Of a stretch of 64,000 bases of DNA, positions 46,798 through 54,261 are shown piece by piece. The notes under the pieces are model-generated. The model ran no database searches. It had not been told where the DNA came from and saw only the letters and a program-made list of their open reading frames with translations. A program made the position numbers and the translations under genes. The stretch lies in assembly GCA_050115495.1 (NCBI GenBank), contig JASFQK010000022.1, positions 35,860 to 99,859 of the forward strand, given 5' to 3'. Source of the stretch: Phycisphaerae bacterium. Lineage in GTDB: Bacteria; Planctomycetota; Phycisphaerae; UBA1845; Fen-1342. Position 1 is the first letter of the stretch. Each line of letters starts with the position of its first letter.

Positions 46798-48641
46798 CGA
46801 TTCGCAGTACGGATACCGACGCCGTGGCCGAGACGCTGGCTAACGCCCGCCAACGTCTGCTCGCGGCCCGCACGGACGCGGGTCATTGGGAGGGCCTGTT
46901 ATCCAGCAGTGCCCTTTCGACCGCGACGGCGTCGTTTGCGCTGTGGTTGTATGCCGAGCGTTCGTCTGGCGCACGCGACGGGCCGAATCGCGCCGAATGT
47001 CGCCGGCTGGCGCAGGCTGGCGCGCACTGGCTGGCCGGTCACCAGAATGCCGACGGCGGCTGGGGCGACACGCCGGAGAGTCCGAGCAACATCAGCACGA
47101 CGGTGCTGGGCTGGGCGGCATTGCACGCCATCGACGGTGATGAGGCCGTGCAGAGCGCTCGCGAGAAGGCCGACGCCTGTGTGGACCGTGCCGCCGGCGG
47201 ACGTGACGCAGACACGCTGACGCGGGCGATCGTCCACCGCTACGGCGACGACCGGACGTTCTCGGCACCGATTCTCACGATGTGCGCGTTGGCCGGCCGG
47301 CTGGGCCCGGATGCGCAGGCTTGGCGACACGTGGCGCAATTGCCATTCGAGTTGGCGGCGTTGCCGCAATCGTGGTTTCAGTTCCTGCGCCTGCCAGTCG
47401 TCAGCTACGCCCTGCCCGCGCTGATCGCCATCGGTCGCGTGCGTCACCATTGCCGGCCGACGCGCAATCCGCTGCTGCGCGCGTTGCGCTGGGCCGCGCG
47501 TCGCCGAACGGAACGAGTCCTGGAACGAATTCAGCCACCCGGCGGCGGGTTCCTCGAAGCGACGCCACTGACGAGCTTCGTGCTCATGAGCCTGGCCGGC
47601 AGCGGGCAGGCGGATGGCGCAGTTGCGACCCGCGCGGCGCAGTTCCTGGCGCGGTCCGTGCGGGCCGATGGTAGTTGGCCGATTGATACGAACCTGGCGA
47701 CGTGGGTCACGACACTCTCCATCCAAGCGCTCGCGACTGCCGGAGCACTGTCCGAGTCGCTGAGCGACGGCGAGCGGCATTCCATCAAAACGTGGCTGCT
47801 CGGACAGCAGTACCGGCAGCGGCACCTCTACACGGGCGCCGATCCCGGCGGCTGGGCCTGGACGGATCTGCCCGGCGGCGTGCCCGACGCGGACGACACG
47901 GCGGGAGCACTCATCGCGCTGCATCAGTTCGGCGCCGAGGACGCCGCAGATGCCGCCGCTGACGGAATCCGCTGGCTGCTGGGTCTTCAGAATCGTGATG
48001 GGGGCATCCCGACGTTTTGCCGAGGCTGGGGCCGCCTGCCGTTTGACCGCAGCACGCCGGAGATCACGGCCCACGCTCTGCTGGCGTGGAGTCTGTGGCA
48101 CGACTCGTTGCCTGCAACACTGGCGAGCAAGGTGCACTACGCCACGCGCCGAGCCCTGGCGTACCTCCGCCGACAACAACGACTGGACGGGGCATGGCTA
48201 CCGCTCTGGTTCGGCAATCAGCATGCGCCAAACGAGCGGAATCCGACGTACGGCACGGCACGCGTCGTGCTGGCGCTGAACCGCTGCCGAACGCACGTGT
48301 CGACGACACGCGAGCCCGTCACCCGCGGCGTTCGCTGGCTGCTCACGGCGCAGAACGCCGATGGCGGCTGGGGCGGCGCACCGGGCGTGCCATCATCCAT
48401 TGAAGAGACCGGCCAGGCCGTGCAGGCGCTGGTGGCGGCGCACGCCGCGGCGCAGAATGAGGTCCTCCCTGCGATCGACCGCGGCACACACTGGCTCGCC
48501 CAGACCACGCACGCCGGACGAGATTTCCCCGCCGCTCCCATCGGCCTGTACTTCGCCAACCTGTGGTATGCCGAGCGGCTCTACCCCCAGATCGCCACCG
48601 TCGCCGCTTTGGGCTTGAAAAAGACTGCCTCGTGCGCATAA
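46782..48641 (+). CDS. Squalene-hopene-cyclase-like class II terpene cyclase
   Basis: GHWEG, QW repeats (QNADGGWG, ADGSW, QNRDGG, LDGAW, QNADGGWG), GGWAW...PDADDT (DxDD), YGT, LYFANLWY. Confidence 0.87.
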   Translation: MSESVTIRSTDTDAVAETLANARQRLLAARTDAGHWEGLLSSSALSTATASFALWLYAERSSGARDGPNRAECRRLAQAGAHWLAGHQNADGGWGDTPESPSNISTTVLGWAALHAIDGDEAVQSAREKADACVDRAAGGRDADTLTRAIVHRYGDDRTFSAPILTMCALAGRLGPDAQAWRHVAQLPFELAALPQSWFQFLRLPVVSYALPALIAIGRVRHHCRPTRNPLLRALRWAARRRTERVLERIQPPGGGFLEATPLTSFVLMSLAGSGQADGAVATRAAQFLARSVRADGSWPIDTNLATWVTTLSIQALATAGALSESLSDGERHSIKTWLLGQQYRQRHLYTGADPGGWAWTDLPGGVPDADDTAGALIALHQFGAEDAADAAADGIRWLLGLQNRDGGIPTFCRGWGRLPFDRSTPEITAHALLAWSLWHDSLPATLASKVHYATRRALAYLRRQQRLDGAWLPLWFGNQHAPNERNPTYGTARVVLALNRCRTHVSTTREPVTRGVRWLLTAQNADGGWGGAPGVPSSIEETGQAVQALVAAHAAAQNEVLPAIDRGTHWLAQTTHAGRDFPAAPIGLYFANLWYAERLYPQIATVAALGLKKTASCA

Positions 48642-48860
48642 TGGAGTGCGGTTGCGGAACCGATGACTCGTTTGCAGAAAGGAGGTATCCCGTGCGTTTC
48701 GTTGCATTGACGCTTCTCGTGGAGCCTTTCTGCGCAGTCAGCCGCGGCTGATTCCCGCCTGATCGCTGGCTGATCGCAGCCAGGCTCCTCCCTGTTGGTT
48801 TGTGATTCGTGCACACGACCAGGGACGACGCTGCGCGCGTCGCCCGAGACGAGGAGCGAT
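48615..48860 (+). promoter_or_regulatory. Promoter and attenuator-like leader of the rbfA-like/rtcB pair
   Basis: TTGAAA 48615-20, 16 bp, CATAAT 48637-42; GCTCCTC (48784-90) complements the SD GAGGAGC (48851-57); competing pairs GGAGCCT/AGGCTCC and GCAGAAAGG/CCTTTCTGC. Confidence 0.6.
48692..48751 (+). CDS. Putative 19-aa leader peptide MRFVALTLLVEPFCAVSRG
   Basis: Near-perfect SD AAAGGAGGT (48678-86), 5 nt before GTG 48692; TGA at 48749-51. Confidence 0.6.
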   Translation: MRFVALTLLVEPFCAVSRG

Positions 48861-49280
48861 ATGCCTTCGCACAAGCGAAAGAAGACGGACCTGCGCGCGC
48901 TGTGCGCGCAACTGCATCCAGATGACGGCGTCGACCCGCGCGAGGACAGGCGGCGCGACGCCGAGTACGAGAGGAAGCCGGACCGTAAGATCTGGCAGCT
49001 CTGCAAGCAAGTGGAACAGACGCTGCAACTGGCCTTCGGAGCCCTGCCGCAAGCCGCAGCGCTCGCTGGCGTAACCGTGTCGGAAGTAACGCCGGCGCCG
49101 AACGCCGGGCGCTTGCGGGTGGTGATCGCCGTGCCCGTTCCCGACCGCGCGGCCCAGGTGCTCGCGATCGTCCGGCAGCACGCCCGCCAACTGCGTGCCG
49201 AAGTCGCCGCGGCCATCACACGGCGTCGTGCACCGGAGCTCACGTTCGACGTGCTGGTGGAAGGAGGTGACCGTGGCTGA
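48861..49280 (+). CDS. Divergent ribosome-binding factor A (RbfA)-like protein
   Basis: GAGGAG SD; RKIWQLCKQV helix, VTVSEV.PAPNAGRLRV, LRAEVAAAITRRRAPELTF (RbfA-type R..PEL.F); not in an infB-truB context. Confidence 0.72.
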   Translation: MPSHKRKKTDLRALCAQLHPDDGVDPREDRRRDAEYERKPDRKIWQLCKQVEQTLQLAFGALPQAAALAGVTVSEVTPAPNAGRLRVVIAVPVPDRAAQVLAIVRQHARQLRAEVAAAITRRRAPELTFDVLVEGGDRG

Positions 49281-50409
49281 GTGTGCCATGATGAAGATGT
49301 GGGTAACACAGCCGCCCGAGCCGGCGGTTCGCCAGACGCTGGACCGACTCGCCCGCGCTCCCGACGTCGTGCACGTGGCGGTTATGCCTGACGTCCACCT
49401 CGCAGCCGGCGTCAGCAACGGTGTTGTCGTCGCCACCCGGCAGCTGGTCTATCCGGCGGCTGTCGGGGGCGACATTGGCTGTGGATTCGGCGTTGTCGCG
49501 CTCAACGGGAGCGCAGCCACACTGAAACGCCGGCCCGCGGCGGAAGCCGTGCTGGACGCCCTGCCGACCGCGGCACCGGTCATGCGTCACAAGCGGCGAG
49601 ATGGTCTTCCGGAGTATCCGGACGACCTCGCCGTCGACCGGCTCAGCGCCCCTGCCCTGGCCGCCCAGGCCGCCAGTGAGGGACGGTTGGAGCTGGGCAC
49701 GCTCGGGCGCGGAAATCACTTCCTGGAGTTGCAGGAGGACGATGAGGGTCGGTTGTGGCTGATGGTGCACAGCGGCTCGCGTGCCATGGGACAACACATC
49801 GCCAACCATCACACACGATCCGCGACATTCGCCGGCGGCGGTCTCGCCTGGCTCGACGTGGAGACGGACGCCGGACAAGCGTACCTCCGCGACGCCGGCT
49901 GGGCCCGTGCCTACGCCGCCGAGAGTCGGCGACGCATGCTCGTAGCGGTCGCCGAAGTGGTCTCCGACATCCTGGGCATCGAGCCGAACTGGGAGACGTT
50001 CCTGAACACCGACCACAATCACGTTCAGTCGGAGCAGCACGGCGACGCGACGCTGTGGGTGCACCGGAAAGGCGCCAACGTGGCGCAGGATGGCGCAGAC
50101 AACGTCATTCCGGGATCGATGGCGACACCCACGTACCACGTCGCCGGCCGCGGTGAGCCTTCGGCGCTGGCGTCGAGCTCGCATGGTGCCGGCCGCCGAC
50201 TTAGCCGTGGCGCAGCCCGCGCCCAGGTCCGCCGAAAGGACCTGGCTCGGCAGCTCGCGGACGTCTGGATCGATCCGCGCACCGCGGGGCGGCTGGTGGA
50301 CGAAGCGCCGGTGGCCTACAAGGACATCGACGCCGTTATGCGTGCCCAGCGTGATCTCGTTCGCATCGTTCGCCGACTGCGCCCGGTGCTCTGCTACAAG
50401 GGTGCCTGA
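49273..50409 (+). CDS. rtcB: RtcB-family RNA 3'-phosphate/5'-OH ligase (compact form)
   Basis: MPDVH, VGGDIGCG, GTLGRGNHFLE, HSGSR, HNH, HRKGA, IPGSM, SHGAGR, DEAPVAYK; AAGGAGGT SD; overlaps the upstream gene. Confidence 0.94.
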   Translation: MAECAMMKMWVTQPPEPAVRQTLDRLARAPDVVHVAVMPDVHLAAGVSNGVVVATRQLVYPAAVGGDIGCGFGVVALNGSAATLKRRPAAEAVLDALPTAAPVMRHKRRDGLPEYPDDLAVDRLSAPALAAQAASEGRLELGTLGRGNHFLELQEDDEGRLWLMVHSGSRAMGQHIANHHTRSATFAGGGLAWLDVETDAGQAYLRDAGWARAYAAESRRRMLVAVAEVVSDILGIEPNWETFLNTDHNHVQSEQHGDATLWVHRKGANVAQDGADNVIPGSMATPTYHVAGRGEPSALASSSHGAGRRLSRGAARAQVRRKDLARQLADVWIDPRTAGRLVDEAPVAYKDIDAVMRAQRDLVRIVRRLRPVLCYKGA

Positions 50410-50443
50410 ACCTGACCCGCCCACTCGCCAAGCTACAGCGCCC

Positions 50444-50488
50444 CCTCGAACCGGCGGCTCGACATGTTGGTCGAGCCGCCGATCGAGG
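50444..50488 (+). terminator. Strong GC-rich hairpin after rtcB (terminator or stabiliser; no U tract)
   Basis: CGGCGGCTCGAC (50452-63) / GTCGAGCCGCCG (50470-81), extended by CCTCGA/TCGAGG. Confidence 0.45.
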
Positions 50489-50772
50489 CGGCGACTGCGC
50501 CCAATAACGAAGCCACCCGACCGGCGCCGGTCACTGGCACTCGCCATCGCCGCCTCCAAGCCAGCGGCACGACATTCATGTAACTCATTTCCTAAGAGCA
50601 ACTTCCGCGCGGATCCCACTCAGTCGGTCGGAACTCTAGCGGCGTCGGCGGTTTCCGCCACGACGACCGCGACATCCTCGTCGCCCCCGCCGCCCAGGTT
50701 CATTTCTAGTTTCTGTTTGCGTTTCTGAAATTCTGATTGAAATCGACTCCGGGACTCGATACCCTGGCATCC

Positions 50773-52053
50773 ATGGCCACGTCCAAGACACACGACAAGC
50801 CCCCACACGCGTTCGAAGAGGACGCCCTCCGGGCGCTCCAGAACATTCGCGAGGCCTTCGCCGCCCTGCTGGAGAGCCTGCCACAGCGTGTCGGCCGGGC
50901 CCATGAGGTCGCCAAGGTCCTTGGTATCCACCGCAAGCTCGGCTGGCAGATCGCCAAGCTCGTATACGAGTCCGATCCGCTCGCCGCCGCCCAACACGTT
51001 CCCGGGGCGGCGTCGATTCGGCGGTTCCTCGACGCCGTCGCGAAGCAGAAGGTTAACGCCGGGCTGATCGAATCCGCCCGTGCGGCCGTGGAGAGCTTCG
51101 AGCGTCTGGTCGAGGTCCATGCCGGTGACCGCGAGTCGCTGAACCTCATGCTCACGGGCTGGGGCGGCGAAGCCGCCCGCAAGGCGGACCTCGTGCAGCG
51201 CCGGGCCGCCTTCTCGGCCGGCAGCTACATCTGGGGCGTGCAGGCGAAGACGTCACTGTCCACCGTCTTCCTGTCGCCGTCCACGACGCGAGAGGACTTC
51301 TTCGACCTGGCACACATCATGGGATTCGTGGAGCTTCGCCGGATGCGCTCGCAGGTGTGCTGGCCGCTCCGCTATTCGAAGCACTTCGCGGACGACGCCA
51401 GCGAGCTGGAACAGCCGTTGCGCGAGCCGCTGGACGATGCGCCCGTCGCCGCCGACGAGCCGCCGCTGCTGCGCCGCTTCTGCTCGCAACCCGTGCCGGA
51501 AACGCGGCGGCGCGTCTTCGACGGCGGCTGGGTGGTCGACGAGATCACGCCGGGGCCCGTCGGCAACACGGGGGCCATCGACTGCTTCGTAGGCGAGTTC
51601 TGCCGCGCGGTCATGTGCAAGTATCGAACGGAGCAGAGCTGGACGTGGGCGCTCGGGCGCGTGGTTCGCGCACCTTGTGAGGTGCTGATCCTCGATCAGT
51701 TCATACACGAGGACGTGTTCGGCTCCATACAGCCGCAGTTGCACATGTACCGCGACCTCATCGGCGCTCCGCCGACGGGCGCCACATCCCGGCAGAAAGA
51801 GGACGAAATGCCGGTCTTCGAAACGGTGCGGCACCTCGGCCAGGGGCTCTCCGGAATCCGCATGCCCGACGTGCATCGGTACGCGGAGATGGTGAGCTAC
51901 GTGTTTGAGCGATTCGGCTGGGACCCGAACCGCTTCCACGTGTATCGGGCGCGCGTGGAGTATCCGCCCCTGCCCACGATGGTGTGCATGGAGCACCCGC
52001 TGCCCGAACGGCCGCAGCCGGCCCGCGGCACAGACGAGTCTAACACTCCATGA
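50773..52053 (+). CDS. Hypothetical cytoplasmic protein with a possible N-terminal helix-turn-helix
   Basis: Long ORF with coding-like codon bias; AHEVAKVLGIHRKLGWQI is HTH-like; AT-rich upstream segment. Confidence 0.6.
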   Translation: MATSKTHDKPPHAFEEDALRALQNIREAFAALLESLPQRVGRAHEVAKVLGIHRKLGWQIAKLVYESDPLAAAQHVPGAASIRRFLDAVAKQKVNAGLIESARAAVESFERLVEVHAGDRESLNLMLTGWGGEAARKADLVQRRAAFSAGSYIWGVQAKTSLSTVFLSPSTTREDFFDLAHIMGFVELRRMRSQVCWPLRYSKHFADDASELEQPLREPLDDAPVAADEPPLLRRFCSQPVPETRRRVFDGGWVVDEITPGPVGNTGAIDCFVGEFCRAVMCKYRTEQSWTWALGRVVRAPCEVLILDQFIHEDVFGSIQPQLHMYRDLIGAPPTGATSRQKEDEMPVFETVRHLGQGLSGIRMPDVHRYAEMVSYVFERFGWDPNRFHVYRARVEYPPLPTMVCMEHPLPERPQPARGTDESNTP

Positions 52054-52148
52054 CACCGGGCGTGTCGCTGGAGTTGTTCCGTTGGCGATCCACGGCGTGC
52101 GTGGGCGCGACACAGTGGAATCGGAGGCATAGACGAGGAGGAACGGAG

Positions 52149-53141
52149 ATGCGGTGCAGATTCCTGACGGTCCTGGCCGTGGGAGCTTGTGTCATCGGAG
52201 CAGAGGCCGCCGTCGTTGTCGACACGGTCACCGTCGGAAACCCCGGCAACCTACCCGACACGCGATACTCCCGAACCTACGGCGCCGTGGACTACGTGTA
52301 TCAAATGGCCAAGTTCGAGATCACGGCCGGGCAGTATACCGAGTTTCTCAATGCCATCGCGGCGACGGATACGTACGGCCTGTACGACCCGGGCTGGTGG
52401 GCATCCGATCAGGGCTGCAAGATCGAACGTCTCGGCGAGGAGGGCAGCTACACGTACCAGGTGGCGTCGGATTGGGCCGAGCGCCCGGTCAGCGCCGTGA
52501 GTTGGGGCGATGTCGTGCGGTTCGCCAACTGGATGCACAACGGCCAGCCGACCGGCGCGCAGGATCTAACCACGACCGAAGACGGCTCGTACTTCGTCAA
52601 CGGCGCAATAGACAACGCCGCGCTTCAGGCCGTTGAGCGACAACCGGACGCCACGTGGGTTCTTCCCACCGAGGATGAGTGGCACAAGTCGGCGTTTCAC
52701 ATGAACGACGGTCAGACGGGGAACTACTACGTCTACGCCACCAGCAGCGACGACGCGCCGGCCAATACGATAGTCGATCCGGATCCCGGCAACAGCGCCA
52801 ACTACCACACGGATGTCTACACGCTGGGCGCTCCCTACTGGCGTACGGTGGTTGGTGAGTTCGAAAACAGTGCCAGCCCGTACGGCACGTTCGACCAGGG
52901 TGGCAACGTCTCCGAATGGACCGAGACGAAGTACCATGCGGGCTTCCGCATCTTCCGGGGCGGCGCATACATCAGCGTTGAGGCCCTCCTGCGAGCGTCA
53001 TACTGGGATAGCCACTCCCCGATTCAGTACGCTCTGAGCAACGGCTTCCGCCTGGCACTCGTGCCGGAGCCGGCGCCGTTCAGCCTGCTGGCGATCGGTG
53101 GTCTCCTGGCCGTCGGCTGGAGAAGACACCGGTTGAGCTGA
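52149..53141 (+). CDS. Secreted FGE-sulfatase (SUMF1-like) domain protein with PEP-CTERM sorting signal
   Basis: Signal peptide; VTVGNPGN, FEIT..QY..FLN, LPTEDEW, SPYGTFDQGGNVSEW, GFRL; VPEP + TM + RRHR. Confidence 0.88.
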   Translation: MRCRFLTVLAVGACVIGAEAAVVVDTVTVGNPGNLPDTRYSRTYGAVDYVYQMAKFEITAGQYTEFLNAIAATDTYGLYDPGWWASDQGCKIERLGEEGSYTYQVASDWAERPVSAVSWGDVVRFANWMHNGQPTGAQDLTTTEDGSYFVNGAIDNAALQAVERQPDATWVLPTEDEWHKSAFHMNDGQTGNYYVYATSSDDAPANTIVDPDPGNSANYHTDVYTLGAPYWRTVVGEFENSASPYGTFDQGGNVSEWTETKYHAGFRIFRGGAYISVEALLRASYWDSHSPIQYALSNGFRLALVPEPAPFSLLAIGGLLAVGWRRHRLS

Positions 53142-53568
53142 ACCTGTTGGCCTTTGAGCTTGGCTCGCCTGTGCGGCCCGGGCACGCCCGGCTGCACAGG
53201 CGACTGGCAACGAAGAAGAACGAGACCCCTCCCCCTTCAATCTGCGCGGTGGGCGATTGCATCCCCGATCGCCCACCGCGCCGCCTTTGTCCCCACCGAC
53301 AGCCGGCGCCACCCCTCAATCACAGTGCCGAGCGCCCATGTCCACACGCGCTTCCCGCGACACACCATACGCGAAGTCGATATTGCGTGGTTGAAACGTC
53401 GCTCTATCCGGCACGCCACGCCTGCGGCGGCTTGCGAAAGCGACACGCGCTCCAGTCGGCGACCGAATCTGCCGATGACGGGCAATACAATCACCACAGC
53501 ACTGTCTGTGGCTGAAGTCGACAGATTCTTCGCGACGCAACTGCCCACTTCGCAGCGAGCAACAAAAC

Positions 53569-53784
53569 ATGGAACCGATGATGACCGGCTCCGAGGTCGC
53601 CGGCCTGCTGCGCGTCTCACTGGCGACCGTCTACCGCCTTGCCGCCCGGGGTGAACTCCCCGCCCACAAGGTCGGTCGGGTGTGGCGATTCCAGAGAGAG
53701 GCCATCGCGAACTTCGCGCTGAAATCACCCGGCCCCTCTTCTGGAGACGCGTCGCGTGCGGGTGAGCGAGGCAAGGAGACATAG
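53569..53784 (+). CDS. Excisionase-like helix-turn-helix DNA-binding protein
   Basis: MTGSEVAGLLRVSLATVYRLAARGELPAHKVGRVWRF. Confidence 0.85.
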   Translation: MEPMMTGSEVAGLLRVSLATVYRLAARGELPAHKVGRVWRFQREAIANFALKSPGPSSGDASRAGERGKET

Positions 53785-53786
53785 CC

Positions 53787-54218
53787 ATGTCCTGCGCCGA
53801 CACCGTGACCGTTCTGCTGGTGGAAGACGACGATGTCGACCGCCGCGTCGTTCACCGGGCATTCGCGCAGCGCGGGCTCGCGAACCCGATCGTGGACGCC
53901 TCTGACGGAACCGAGGCGCTGGAGACGCTCCGCGGCGAGCACGGCCGCGGCCCCCTGCCGCGACCTTACCTGGTGCTGCTCGACCTCAATATGCCAGGCA
54001 TGAACGGGATGGCATTTCTGGAGGAAATCCGCAGGGACGACGAGTTGAAGGATGTCGTCGTCTTCGTGCTGACCGCCTCCCGCGACGAGCAGGACCGCGT
54101 GCAGGCGCATCGACTCAACGTGGCGGGATACATGGTCAAGGCCGACGTGGGCACCGAGTTCATCAAGACCGTGGAGATGCTGGATCGTTATTGGCGCGTG
54201 GTCGAGTTTCCCTGCTGA
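53787..54218 (+). CDS. Single-domain response regulator (Rcp1-like)
   Basis: LLVEDD, LLDLNMP, LTAS, YMVK. Confidence 0.93.
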   Translation: MSCADTVTVLLVEDDDVDRRVVHRAFAQRGLANPIVDASDGTEALETLRGEHGRGPLPRPYLVLLDLNMPGMNGMAFLEEIRRDDELKDVVVFVLTASRDEQDRVQAHRLNVAGYMVKADVGTEFIKTVEMLDRYWRVVEFPC

Positions 54219-54261
54219 CGATGTCGGAATGCGGACTACAGGACGTCAGGAGGACGTGAAC

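Noticed and set aside
46782..48641. Assigning the symbol shc and a standard hopanoid cluster
   Set aside because: No hpn genes are adjacent and the sequence is divergent; the substrate cannot be inferred.
48640..48860. tRNA-like or Y-RNA substrate next to rtcB
   Set aside because: No cloverleaf or T-loop consensus; the pairings are better explained as a leader/attenuator.
52149..53141. Diversity-generating retroelement target (the FGE/CLec fold is a common DGR target)
   Set aside because: No reverse transcriptase and no template-repeat copy of the 3' end were seen in the window.
53569..53784. Prophage or ICE excisionase
   Set aside because: No integrase, att site or phage genes are nearby; it is coupled to a response regulator gene.
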